Positions 7,677 through 16,906 of a DNA stretch of 20,985 nucleotides are shown here, piece by piece (the stretch's first letter is position 1; each line of letters opens with the position of its first letter). Origin of the DNA: Pseudobdellovibrionaceae bacterium (lineage in GTDB: Bacteria; Bdellovibrionota; Bdellovibrionia; Bdellovibrionales; Bdellovibrionaceae). The notes beneath the pieces are model-generated. The model was not told where the DNA came from and made no database searches. It saw nothing but the letters and a program-made list of their open reading frames with translations. The position numbers were made by a program, and so were the translations under genes. The DNA is taken from NCBI GenBank assembly GCA_041288045.1, contig JBGGMM010000085.1:1-20985 (forward strand), in the 5' to 3' direction.

Positions 7677-8771
7677 TTAAGGGCCTTCCACCGGAGGAAT
7701 GGGTTCAGTGGAAGAGCCAGAGCGCCGAAGCTCCTCATTTTGCTTTTCAAATGGATAAACGATTTTCCAATCCTTTTTCATGTCGACAATTGTCCATCCC
7801 TTTTGGGACGCTTCTTTCAAGCCGCGGTCCAGTTTTCCAACGACAGTATTTTGATCGTATTTCCATTCGCGAAGGGCGTCTGTATGTTGAACAAACAGGC
7901 CAAAGCTTGGACCTTCTTCACGCGAAGTCCCCCATTGCAGCATTTCGAAGTCTCCGTCAGAATTTCCAAAAACCATCAGAGGTTTCCGGCCAATAAAGTG
8001 ATGAATCGCCACTGGCTTTCCGGGGCCGTCGTCAACAAATTCGACTTGTGGAAGTTTCATCAAAACAGGCTTGCCATTTTTCACTTCATAACTTGTTTTG
8101 CCAGTGCTTCCGACGACCTGTTCAGGAGGGATTGCATAGATGTCTTGGGAAACAGCGCGGATAAAATCGACTCCTCCTCCGGAGACAATATAAATTTTAA
8201 ATTCGTTTTCGCGCAGATACTCTAAGACCTCAAGCATGGGCTGATACACCAATTCCGAGTAAAGGCGCTTTGAACGCGGATGCCGGGCGGTCTTGAGCCA
8301 TTCGCGCACATTTCGCTCAAATTCATCTGTGCTCATCCCGGCATGCGTGGTCGCTAAAAGAGCTGCGGCTGATTTTTCGCCGTCAGAAAACGCCGATTTG
8401 AGGTCGCCTTTGAGAATCGATTGAAAAGGCTCTTGTTCCCTCCATTCGGGATGTTGAGGGGCCAGGGATTTGATGCGGTCGATGGCAAATGCCAACTGTG
8501 TCGGAACAGGCTGCTCGGACCAGAGAGTGCCGTCATTATCGAAAACTGCAATTCGCTCAGAGGCTGGGACAAAATCCTGACTGCCTTTTTTGCAGATGCG
8601 GTCGACGAAGCTGACTACAGAATTTTTGGCCGGCCCCGCATTCCAGGAGGGCAGGGGATCCGCTCCTGAGCCAGGTTCTTTTTTTTGTGGTTGGCCCTGC
8701 AGGGGAACCAAAGGAAGCGACATCAGTCCAACCGTCAATCCGGTCAGCAAATTGAAAAGTGGATCAGACAT
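7677..8771 (-). CDS. HAD-superfamily hydrolase (exported nonspecific acid phosphatase-like)
   Basis: Family start 'DPLPSWN', motif I FDNDGTLW, motif II IVSGGG, motif III GKP and motif IV GNSDGD. The N-terminus is hydrophobic. Confidence 0.9.
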   Translation of the reverse strand: MSDPLFNLLTGLTVGLMSLPLVPLQGQPQKKEPGSGADPLPSWNAGPAKNSVVSFVDRICKKGSQDFVPASERIAVFDNDGTLWSEQPVPTQLAFAIDRIKSLAPQHPEWREQEPFQSILKGDLKSAFSDGEKSAAALLATTHAGMSTDEFERNVREWLKTARHPRSKRLYSELVYQPMLEVLEYLRENEFKIYIVSGGGVDFIRAVSQDIYAIPPEQVVGSTGKTSYEVKNGKPVLMKLPQVEFVDDGPGKPVAIHHFIGRKPLMVFGNSDGDFEMLQWGTSREEGPSFGLFVQHTDALREWKYDQNTVVGKLDRGLKEASQKGWTIVDMKKDWKIVYPFEKQNEELRRSGSSTEPIPPVEGP

Positions 8772-9630
8772 AGGATTCTTTCATTTTTTTCGGAGCTCCG
8801 ATTTTTTTGGTATAGGGGATCGTTGCCAGGGCATTGACGAGCAAATACAAGAGCACTGCCACTGGAGCTAAAGTCTGATCGGGATAGGACAACTGCGAAA
8901 TGGCGATGGCCACTCCGGGGTGGCGAGAGGCTGTTGAAAGAGCCAAGACCATGCGATCTTCGCGCTTGGGTCCGCCAAGCAAATGTCCTGATAAAAGGGC
9001 TACAACAATAAACGCAAGCATCGCCAAGAGAGTGCCGTTGCCAATCAGCGACAGCAGGGAAGAAAACGAAGTGAGAAGAATGGGCACCAGACACAGAAGC
9101 AAAAGAATTTTTCCAGTTTGAGTAACAGGTTTGACAATTTTTTGCGCCCAATGGGGCTTCCACTCATTGAGTGTGATTCCGACGGCTAAAGGGGCAAAGA
9201 CAGAAAGAAAAACAATTTGGGCAATGGCGACAGATGGAACTCTGGAAGGTGTTTGAAAAATTCGATCAAAAATTGCCATTGTCAACGGAATGAGAAAAAT
9301 GGAAAGAGCAGCTGTCGTGCTGAAAAGTCCGAATGTGTAAGAAGAGTTTCCGCCAGCTTGCAATTCTTTTTTCGGTAAAAAAGGCGGAATGGGAGAAATC
9401 GAAATGGCAACGAGGGCGATTTTCAAGGCCGGATCCAAATTGAAAATCAGGGCAAGCAATCCTGCAAAAACGGGCATGATCAGATTCATCGCGATCAGAG
9501 ATCGCAGCAATTGTCCCGGCTGGTGCCAGAGATCAGTGACATCTTTCAGCTTGGCGTTGAGGGCGAAGCTCATGACGGTGAGAAAGATACTGATTTGAAA
9601 CACGATTGAAATCAGGGATTGTAGGTTCAT
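8764..9630 (-). CDS. Bile acid:sodium symporter (BASS/SBF) family transporter
   Basis: Highly hydrophobic with about 9 TM segments; motifs 'LLRSLIAMNLIMP', 'SPIPPFLP' and 'ALSTASRHPGVA'. Likely start is ATG 9630 after GAAAGGA. The stop overlaps the HAD start by 8 bp. Confidence 0.82.
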   Translation of the reverse strand: MNLQSLISIVFQISIFLTVMSFALNAKLKDVTDLWHQPGQLLRSLIAMNLIMPVFAGLLALIFNLDPALKIALVAISISPIPPFLPKKELQAGGNSSYTFGLFSTTAALSIFLIPLTMAIFDRIFQTPSRVPSVAIAQIVFLSVFAPLAVGITLNEWKPHWAQKIVKPVTQTGKILLLLCLVPILLTSFSSLLSLIGNGTLLAMLAFIVVALLSGHLLGGPKREDRMVLALSTASRHPGVAIAISQLSYPDQTLAPVAVLLYLLVNALATIPYTKKIGAPKKMKESYV

Positions 9631-9661
9631 CGCGACCGTCCTTTCATTCTCTTCAGAACTT

Positions 9662-9675
9662 CTCATTGCAATGAG
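9662..9675. promoter_or_regulatory. Perfect 14-bp palindrome CTCATTGCAATGAG, candidate operator
   Basis: Self-complementary sequence about 30 bp upstream of the symporter ATG, in the divergent region shared with aqpZ. Confidence 0.35.
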
Positions 9676-9908
9676 CAAAACACAGACCGCTGGAAACTGA
9701 TGTCCCACGGGGAGGTCATGGTCTAAAGCGTTTTTTTGTCAGGGGCAATTTAGGATTTATCAAAATTTTTCTAAGATCCTGTTCAGATTTGATTCATCTG
9801 TGCGAAAGGCAAGTATCGATGTCTTTCGTCACTCGTTCAGATTCACTTTGAGCTTTCCAGTGGAGAGGAAAAAAATAGAGCTATCACTGAAATTTTTGGG
9901 AGGTGATT

Positions 9909-10679
9909 ATGAAAATGGAATCTAAAGATTTTTCTCTCCAGCTGGGAGCAGAATTCATTGGAACCTTTTGGCTGGTCCTTTGTGGTTGCGGAAGTGCTGT
10001 CTTAGCTGCCAGCTTCCCGGATGTGGGGATTGGGCTTCTGGGTGTTTCGGCGGCCTTCGGTCTAGCCGTTCTGACGATGGCCTTTGCTGTTGGTCCGATT
10101 TCGGGAGCTCATTTGAATCCAGCTGTTTCTTTTGGCCTTTGGTGTGCTGGAAAATTTCCGACTCGCAATCTGATTCCCTATGTGCTGGCACAAGTTGTCG
10201 GTGCCGTTGTAGCGAGCGGTGTTTTGTACTTGATCGCTTCGGGACAGCTTGGGTTTGATGTTTCAGGTGGATTTGCAGCCAATGGCTACGGTGAATATTC
10301 TCCCGGAGGATATTCGATGAATGCCGGATTTTTAACTGAAGCCGTTTTTACTTTTGTTTTCTTGGTGATCATTCTTGGGGCGACAGGGGGGCGGGCCTCC
10401 ACGGCTTTTGCGCCAATTGCCATCGGTCTGGCATTGACCCTGATCCATTTGGTGACAATTCCAGTGACCAATACCTCCGTCAATCCAGCTCGCAGTTTGG
10501 GGCCAGCGCTGTTTGTCGGGGATTGGGCCATGCAACAGCAGTGGCTTTTTTGGGTGGCACCGCTTTTCGGAGCTGGACTTGCTGGCGTTGTTTATAGATT
10601 CGTGGTTCGTCGAGTGGAAGTTCCTGAAGCTGCACGAAAGCTGAACCCCAGTCCCAGCCTTTCCCCTTCACTTGGTTGA
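9909..10679 (+). CDS. aqpZ: Aquaporin Z
   Basis: [20 protein letters not shown], '[17 protein letters not shown]' and [19 protein letters not shown] (two NPA boxes; F/H/T/R filter residues of water-selective AqpZ). GGAGGTG RBS before ATG 9909. Confidence 0.95.
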   Translation: MKMESKDFSLQLGAEFIGTFWLVLCGCGSAVLAASFPDVGIGLLGVSAAFGLAVLTMAFAVGPISGAHLNPAVSFGLWCAGKFPTRNLIPYVLAQVVGAVVASGVLYLIASGQLGFDVSGGFAANGYGEYSPGGYSMNAGFLTEAVFTFVFLVIILGATGGRASTAFAPIAIGLALTLIHLVTIPVTNTSVNPARSLGPALFVGDWAMQQQWLFWVAPLFGAGLAGVVYRFVVRRVEVPEAARKLNPSPSLSPSLG

Positions 10680-10692
10680 TTGACGGATTTTT

Positions 10693-10716
10693 CTTGGGTC
10701 TCGGCCGAGACCCAAG
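10693..10716. terminator. Perfect 24-bp palindrome between convergent genes, probable terminator hairpin
   Basis: CTTGGGTCTCGGCCGAGACCCAAG is exactly self-complementary and lies between the aqpZ stop (10679) and the barrel gene stop (10724). The U-tail is weak. Confidence 0.6.
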
Positions 10717-10723
10717 TCTTCGC

Positions 10724-11284
10724 TCAATCAATCGAGTACATCAGATTCAAGCCGATGGCGCGATAATCCCCAAGTCCACGAGCAACGATGAAGTTCGCGC
10801 CGTCAATGTAAGCATTGAATCCCAATTTAGGTGTTGGCTTAAAGACGAAGCCGCCAACAAAGGGAAATGTCAGAGCTTGAACGTCAACGACTCGGCATTC
10901 GACGTCGCCAGTGCAATGAGCAGAAAGATTGATCGAAGTGATCAGTCCGAAATGAAATCCCATCACCTCTGAAGGTTTAAAAAGAACTTCGAGAGGAATG
11001 TCGAGATAATCCAAATGATATTGAATTTTCTCTCCAGTGATCAGATTTTCAGATTCCAGTGGTCTTTGTGTGTAGAGAATTCCGGTTCGCATGTGCTGAG
11101 CGCCACCGATTGGCAAATGCAGAAATCCTCCGCCTTGAAATCCCCACATGGCGTTCGCTGAGAAATTCGCTCCACCCACAGCCCCTGATTGTTGCCGGCC
11201 TCCGATTTCAATTCCTTGATCCAAAGCGGCTTGGGCTTGAAAAAAAGCAAAAAAGATCGAGCTCAGAAAAATAATTATTTTCAC
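10724..11284 (-). CDS. Small outer-membrane beta-barrel protein (OMP_b-brl-like)
   Basis: Signal peptide ending in AQA, amphipathic beta strands, and 'GFQGGGF', 'TGILYTQR' and 'LDYLDIPL' motifs. GTG start 3 bp after the upstream stop, with GGGAGG upstream. Confidence 0.78.
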   Translation of the reverse strand: MKIIIFLSSIFFAFFQAQAALDQGIEIGGRQQSGAVGGANFSANAMWGFQGGGFLHLPIGGAQHMRTGILYTQRPLESENLITGEKIQYHLDYLDIPLEVLFKPSEVMGFHFGLITSINLSAHCTGDVECRVVDVQALTFPFVGGFVFKPTPKLGFNAYIDGANFIVARGLGDYRAIGLNLMYSID

Positions 11285-11287
11285 AAA

Positions 11288-13315
11288 TCACCTCCCGAAA
11301 CGGCCGCCATGAAAGCCCCCATTCAACCGGGGCATGGGCCGGGCAGCTGAAGAAGAAGCATTGAATGACGGTTGCGCTCTGTTTGTGGATTGAATTTCAC
11401 TGGCACGGTCCGTGTGCATGCTATCAAGATCAGCCACCGATTGAGCTTGCGTTGTCTCCCAGCTTCCCGGACCGACGTATCTTTGCCAGTCACCAGCTTC
11501 AGTATGCCGATAGACTTGGCCGTCGTGCCGAGCGTAGACTTCGCCTGTGCCTGCCGAAGCAACCCGAGTGTTGCCGGCGGTGGCGACTCCCACCCTTTGG
11601 CCACCGGGTCCAGTGACGACCGAGGTGGTTCCCCATTTTCGATAAGTGTTGGTGACATCGACATTGACGAAAGAGGAGCCATAGCAACAAGTGCCCCAGC
11701 CCCAGGGGTACATGAAGCTTCCGACTGAGACTCCCATGTAAAAGCCGGGATAATATCCCCAGCCATAGCCCACTCCGAAACCATAAGTCCAAGGTGAAGG
11801 ATACCAAGCTGTTTCAGAGACATAAGAAGGATAGGTGTAGCCAGTTCCATAGACCACAGTTCCATCATTGCTGGCAAAGGCGCCGTGGTAACCGGGAGTG
11901 TATCCGACAGTCACTTCCTCATCGGTCACATTGTAAATGTGAACATAAGAGACGTAATGGAGCGGCGAAGAGGAAGGGATTTTTTCGATTTCATTGGGGA
12001 TTTTGGTAGCCACTTTCCAGGGGCCATCAGTGGAGGCGGAGGTGAACCAGACTCCATCTTGCAAAAGCAAATACTCTTTCTCGCTGACTTGAATCAGAGG
12101 GGAATTGCAATTTCGAGCATACTTCAGTTTCGTTTTTTCAATATCAGCCCATTGTGCTTTTCCATCACAAGAAAGACTTTTGGGTTGAAGATCTCTTTTC
12201 ACTTTGGCAGTTTGCGGAATTTGGCTGGCAATGAATGCTTCTTTGGCTTGGACTGTTCCTGGAACTGAAACGAGAGCTTGCGCAGCTGGACTGTCGGTTG
12301 GAATTTTAGCAAAATCTTTTGGCAGCTCTTTTCCTGGAACATACTTCCAAGGACCTTGAGGATTCTTTGCCGAGAACCAACGGCCTGAAATCAACACGTA
12401 AATGGTTTTGCTGTCTTTTTCTAAAAAAATGGAATTGGGCGAATTGGAGACATAAAAAAGAGAGGTCCCCGGAATAGCGTCGTATTTTGGATCTCCGAGA
12501 CTTTGCAAAAGTTCTGTCGGCTCTGTGACCACAACAAACTGCGGAATTGTCCCTGAAGGCGCCGTGTTTTTTCCGCCAGCCGAGCTTGGCTCTAAGGGAT
12601 CGACTTTTCCCTCTTTGATCAAACGATCCTTAATAATAACGAATTTTGAGCTTGGACCCTTTTCATCTTGCTTCCAAGGGCCTTTCAGGTCGGGAGCTGA
12701 AAACCAGCGATTCATTCCCCACAAATAATAATTTTTTCCCTCTTGATTCAGGATCAAGGCGCTTGTGTTGATCACTCTTCTGACTTCTTCAGCGCCTCTT
12801 GAATCCTCCCACTTGGGTTCACCTGAAATAAGAATCAGAAAGCTGGGTTCTTTTTTGAAAATGATGTTTGGTGGCTTGTTTTGAAGATCGACGATTTTCT
12901 GTTTTTCGATTTCGCCTCGTTTGAGATTATCGAGCAGAGATTGATAAGAGATTTGAGACTCTTTCTCATTGATTTTTTTCTCGATTTCTTGAGTGATCAT
13001 TTGGCGTTTTTCAGAGCGATCCGGGATCTGCAGATCTTTGACTTTCAATTTTCTGAGAGTCACAAGATTTTGATCCTTGCTGACCTCGGTTTCGGCCTCA
13101 AGCACAAAGCTGCCATAATACTCTTTGTCTTTTTCCTTCAATTTGAAGGCGGCTCGGGCTTTGACCTGTTGATCGGTGAGAGATTCGACCTGAGGGTAGA
13201 AAACGCTCACAATTCCGCCATCAGAAAGAGTCATTTCTCGTGGCCAAGTTTTTTGTGGGGGCACGGCGCCCTGGGATACGAATAAAAAAGTGATAAAAAG
13301 TTTGATGAATTCCAT
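11288..13315 (-). CDS. Exported repeat protein (family often auto-labelled 'carbohydrate-binding family V/XII'), function unknown
   Basis: 675 aa with a hydrophobic N-terminus, 'WPR...YPQVES', three W(F)xxxxxxGPWK repeats, 'VGYTPGYHG...GTVVYGTGY', a Gly/Tyr/Trp-rich segment and a Gly/Arg tail. Confidence 0.8.
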   Translation of the reverse strand: MEFIKLFITFLFVSQGAVPPQKTWPREMTLSDGGIVSVFYPQVESLTDQQVKARAAFKLKEKDKEYYGSFVLEAETEVSKDQNLVTLRKLKVKDLQIPDRSEKRQMITQEIEKKINEKESQISYQSLLDNLKRGEIEKQKIVDLQNKPPNIIFKKEPSFLILISGEPKWEDSRGAEEVRRVINTSALILNQEGKNYYLWGMNRWFSAPDLKGPWKQDEKGPSSKFVIIKDRLIKEGKVDPLEPSSAGGKNTAPSGTIPQFVVVTEPTELLQSLGDPKYDAIPGTSLFYVSNSPNSIFLEKDSKTIYVLISGRWFSAKNPQGPWKYVPGKELPKDFAKIPTDSPAAQALVSVPGTVQAKEAFIASQIPQTAKVKRDLQPKSLSCDGKAQWADIEKTKLKYARNCNSPLIQVSEKEYLLLQDGVWFTSASTDGPWKVATKIPNEIEKIPSSSPLHYVSYVHIYNVTDEEVTVGYTPGYHGAFASNDGTVVYGTGYTYPSYVSETAWYPSPWTYGFGVGYGWGYYPGFYMGVSVGSFMYPWGWGTCCYGSSFVNVDVTNTYRKWGTTSVVTGPGGQRVGVATAGNTRVASAGTGEVYARHDGQVYRHTEAGDWQRYVGPGSWETTQAQSVADLDSMHTDRASEIQSTNRAQPSFNASSSAARPMPRLNGGFHGGRFGR

Positions 13316-13454
13316 GGGCCAAGCCTAGGACGGAAAAATGAAAGACGGGGCCCTTTTTTTTATTCTTTTTGTTAAAAGAAATTTTTATTGAGGCTCTTGA
13401 TTAAGAAATTTCAAAGAGACTGTGCAGATTGGGATCATGCGCTGTCTGATTGAA

Positions 13455-14987
13455 TTAAAGTTGTGATTTGGGAACGACAATCGACATGGCTCCGGCTTTG
13501 AATCGCTGCCACCACGTGGTTTCGGGTTCTTTGTCGTACTCGGTTTTTCGTCCTTTTTCGAGAGTTTGCCAAACCAAGCGATCCTCCCGAACTTGAAGGT
13601 GGTAGGCCGCCTGGGGAAGTCCTTCGTCCATTTTTTGCGCGAAAGCAGAAGCGAGTTCAGGACAGTCGACGACAACTCCCATTTCACTATTGAGATAGAG
13701 AGATCGAGGATCAAGATTCATCGAGCCCACAAAAATTTTTTTGCGATCAAAGATAAAAACTTTGCCATGCAATCCGGAGCGAGAGCCGGTCGAACCCACT
13801 CGTTCGGATTTGGCGATTTGATTTGTGGCCTTGGCTTTGACTTCATAAAGATCGACTCCAGCTTCAAGCAGATCTTTTCGCGAAACTTTATAGCCGGCAA
13901 AGACAGTGGCGACATCACTTGAAGCTAAAGAATTGGTGATAACGACAGTTTTCACTCCTTTTTTTTTCATCTTCATAAAAAATTCAAAAGTCCGATTCTC
14001 TGGAACGAAATAAGGAGAGACAAGAATCAGTTCATTTTTTAACTCTTGTACTAGAAAATCCAGCTCATGGCGCAGAGTGACCTCTTCTTTTGATTTCTCT
14101 TGATCCAGTTTTTCGGGAGGATCGGTCATGACTTGGGCACGCCCCCAATAAATTTGAGAATTGTCCTTTGAAAATAATTGGCCCTCGATGATTTTTTGAA
14201 CAGTCACCTGGTACATCGAATTTTTTGCTTCTTCCGCTTTTTTCGCGAGGTTCTGGCGAAGCTCAGTCAAATCTTTCGGAGTAGGATGAAAATCAGGCAT
14301 CAGACTTTCAATTGGGAAAGAGATTTCACTATTCCAATAAAGATCAAATTCTTTGGAGAGTTCCGGAACCACGGGGCCTGCCGCCCACAGGTCAAAGTCC
14401 CCATAGTTCAATTCTTGGCTGGAACCAAAATATTCGTCACCAATATTTCGACCGCCGACGATTCCCACTAAATTATCGGCAATAAAAACCTTGTTGTGCA
14501 TTCTCCGGTTGATCTGTGAATACTTGAATGTGTTTTTCCAAATGCCTCCTCGATCCGGCAAAGGATTGGCAAGGCGGACTTCGATCTGGGGGTGAGTTGC
14601 GAAGACAGCGAGAAACTTTTGAAATTGTCCTTGATTGAGATCATCAAGGAGCAGTCGAACCCGGACCCCTCGGTCGGCCGCATCGAGAACGTATTTTAGG
14701 ACCAAAAGGCCTGACTGATCGTTTGACCATATATAGTACTGCAAATCCAAGCTGTGATCAGCAGCTGCAGCCGAAACAAGCCGAGCCAAAAGGGCATCCT
14801 GTCCGCTCGCCAAAGCACGAAACGAAGATTTCTCTGGGTCTATCAATTGGCGCTTCTTTAGCTCTTGAGCGATTCGAGAGTGTGGATCTGGAGAAAGTGC
14901 TTGGGACGTCACTCGCTGTGGATCCGATGGCAGAGACGTGCAGGCCACAAGAAAAAGAAAGAGAAGAAAAATGCGAAATTGAATCAT
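13455..14987 (-). CDS. Phospholipase D family lipoprotein, ClsC/YmdC (cardiolipin synthase C)-like
   Basis: Two HKD motifs (RRMHNKVFIAD...GGRNIGDEYF and GLHGKVFIFD...GSMNLDPRS), 'SLDLQYYIW', 'AADRGVRVRLLLDD' and 'TNSLASSD'. Lipobox LVAC; AAGGAG 7 nt before ATG 14987. Confidence 0.9.
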   Translation of the reverse strand: MIQFRIFLLFLFLVACTSLPSDPQRVTSQALSPDPHSRIAQELKKRQLIDPEKSSFRALASGQDALLARLVSAAAADHSLDLQYYIWSNDQSGLLVLKYVLDAADRGVRVRLLLDDLNQGQFQKFLAVFATHPQIEVRLANPLPDRGGIWKNTFKYSQINRRMHNKVFIADNLVGIVGGRNIGDEYFGSSQELNYGDFDLWAAGPVVPELSKEFDLYWNSEISFPIESLMPDFHPTPKDLTELRQNLAKKAEEAKNSMYQVTVQKIIEGQLFSKDNSQIYWGRAQVMTDPPEKLDQEKSKEEVTLRHELDFLVQELKNELILVSPYFVPENRTFEFFMKMKKKGVKTVVITNSLASSDVATVFAGYKVSRKDLLEAGVDLYEVKAKATNQIAKSERVGSTGSRSGLHGKVFIFDRKKIFVGSMNLDPRSLYLNSEMGVVVDCPELASAFAQKMDEGLPQAAYHLQVREDRLVWQTLEKGRKTEYDKEPETTWWQRFKAGAMSIVVPKSQL

Positions 14988-15244
14988 CGTCAATCTCCTT
15001 GAAAGTGAAATCGAGCTTAGGTCTGGATTTTTTCAGGAACAAGTGCTTTGCCAGCATTTGGTAACAAGCAATTGCGATTCACTGTTTTCAGATTAGCAAG
15101 TTTAGGTTTCATTAATTCTTGCAAAAGTGCGAGTCAATCTGACCCCCGCTTCTGTTGCCTGTAAGAACGCGTTGCCGAAGTTTCGTGAGTCTTGGACAGA
15201 AATTTATTTACGGGGTTATCAAAGGATTGTTGAGGAGGTCTCCA

Positions 15245-16669
15245 ATGAGATTAACATCGTTTCCAAATTTACTAGAAAATATGGGGAAAACAAAAAGCCA
15301 GACATCAGGGTCATGGTTGAAAGTTTTCTTGCTCTGCTCTCTCTGTCTCTTTTTCGTGTCTTGCTCGTCTGGGCCTAAGAAATCATATACCTATGATTCG
15401 AGTGCCAATCCGAGTGAAGAAATTCAAAAGCTTCAGTCAGAGATGACAAAAGCTGAAGCCAATCAGGTGAGTGTCTTTGCACCTAAGAGTTCGGAAAAAG
15501 CTCGCGAATCCCTCGCGGATGCTCAAAAACTTCAGGACAAAGGCAAGGACAGTGACAAGGTGTTGAAGGAGCTTGGTGATGCCAGAGGCTACTTCGAACA
15601 ATCCAAAGAAGTGGCAATGAATGCGCAAAGGGAACTTTCTGCGGTGACGGATGCTCGTCAGAATGCCTTGGCGGCAGGTGCCGAACAAGTCCGCCAGAAG
15701 GATCTCAAAAAAGCGGATAAAGACCTGATGGATTTAACCGAAGAGTTTGAAGGCAAGAATCCAAGTGTTTCAGAAAAGAAGCAAAATGAGCTGATTGGTG
15801 AATACCAGGCCATTGAACTGAGCAGTCTTAAAGATGTCAATTTGGGAGAAGCTCAATCCCTCATTGAATCCGCTCGTGACAATGATGCCAAAAAATATGC
15901 TCCAAAAACTTTGGCAAGTGCCGAAAGCAAATTGGCAAAAGCTGAAAACGACATCAATCAGGATCGATACAACCGCGGTTTGATCCTGGCTTCTTCAACG
16001 ATCGCTTTGGTTGAAGCTCAAAGGCTCGCCAAAGTGAACGACATCTCAAGGAAGACAGGTAAAGCCGGCAATGAAGAGATGGCCCTCCGAATGGTCGCTC
16101 AAGACGAGCAAATCGCTGCTCTGAACGCCAAAGCTTCGCAACAGCAAGCAGCCCTATCAAAGGGGCAACGAGAGCTTTCAAGCACAGAGTCTCAATTGGC
16201 AATGGATAAGGCTTATCAGCAAATCCAATCCAAATTTACTCCTTCTGAGGCGGCAGTCGTTCGACAAGGCGACAATGTGATTATCAGAATGAAATCCATT
16301 CATTTCGCCACTGGAAGCGCTGACATCCCTTCGGCAGCATTGCCGACTTTGGCTAAAGTGCGCGAGGTAATTATGAGTATGCCAGTCGAGCGCGTGGTTG
16401 TCGCTGGCCATACGGATTCCGTTGGCAGCCCTGAAATCAACCAAAAAATTTCAGAGCAAAGAGCTGAAAGTGTCGCTGGGTATTTGCAACAGGGATCTGA
16501 TGAGTCTCAGCGATTGGCCGGTGGCTCGGGAGAAGAAATTCAAATTGAGTCTCGAGGATATGGTTATGACCATCCCGTGAGTCCAAATAAAACCAAAGAA
16601 GGACGGGAGCAGAATCGTCGAGTGGATGTGGTGATCACTCCAGCTTTTGGTGGCGGAGGACAGGAATGA
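15245..16669 (+). CDS. OmpA/MotB C-terminal domain lipoprotein with a helical (DUF4398-like) N-terminal region
   Basis: Lipobox-like FVSC, a long helical region and a peptidoglycan-binding domain (F.TGSA...GHTDSVG...NQKISEQRAESV...GYG...NRRVDV). GAGGAGG RBS before ATG 15245; alternative start ATG 15281. Confidence 0.88.
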   Translation: MRLTSFPNLLENMGKTKSQTSGSWLKVFLLCSLCLFFVSCSSGPKKSYTYDSSANPSEEIQKLQSEMTKAEANQVSVFAPKSSEKARESLADAQKLQDKGKDSDKVLKELGDARGYFEQSKEVAMNAQRELSAVTDARQNALAAGAEQVRQKDLKKADKDLMDLTEEFEGKNPSVSEKKQNELIGEYQAIELSSLKDVNLGEAQSLIESARDNDAKKYAPKTLASAESKLAKAENDINQDRYNRGLILASSTIALVEAQRLAKVNDISRKTGKAGNEEMALRMVAQDEQIAALNAKASQQQAALSKGQRELSSTESQLAMDKAYQQIQSKFTPSEAAVVRQGDNVIIRMKSIHFATGSADIPSAALPTLAKVREVIMSMPVERVVVAGHTDSVGSPEINQKISEQRAESVAGYLQQGSDESQRLAGGSGEEIQIESRGYGYDHPVSPNKTKEGREQNRRVDVVITPAFGGGGQE

Positions 16670-16902
16670 GATCCCTGATTTTTTCAATTGCAATGGTGGG
16701 CCTGGTGGCACAGGCTCAGGACGCAGCTAAAATGATGGACTCTGCAAAAGCCAAAGCAGCGAACGTGATGTCCTCTTGCAAAGAAGATCAGGTGAAGTTA
16801 TGTCCGGATATGAAAACAGCTGAGCAGATTCAGACCTGTCTTAAGGGGAATTACGAAAAGCTCACCCCGGCCTGTAAGGAATCAATGAAAGCAAAAAAAT
16901 AA
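16666..16902 (+). CDS. Small secreted protein with one cysteine-rich (GLG1/Cys_rich_FGFR-like) repeat
   Basis: Signal peptide ending in AQA and the pattern C-x2-D-x4-C...CL-x6-L-x3-C (CKEDQVKLC...TCLKGNYEKLTPAC). ATGA overlap with the OmpA-domain gene. Confidence 0.8.
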   Translation: MRSLIFSIAMVGLVAQAQDAAKMMDSAKAKAANVMSSCKEDQVKLCPDMKTAEQIQTCLKGNYEKLTPACKESMKAKK

Positions 16903-16906
16903 TGGC

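Noticed and set aside
7653..8225. 190-aa plus-strand ORF, and the many other 60-185 aa ORFs nested in or antisense to called genes
   Set aside because: These are shadow frames of clearly recognisable genes, with no RBS or motif support.
15039..15053. Possible sigma-54 promoter (TGGCAAAGCACTTGT, minus strand) upstream of the PLD gene
   Set aside because: The conserved -12 GC is replaced by GT, so support is insufficient.
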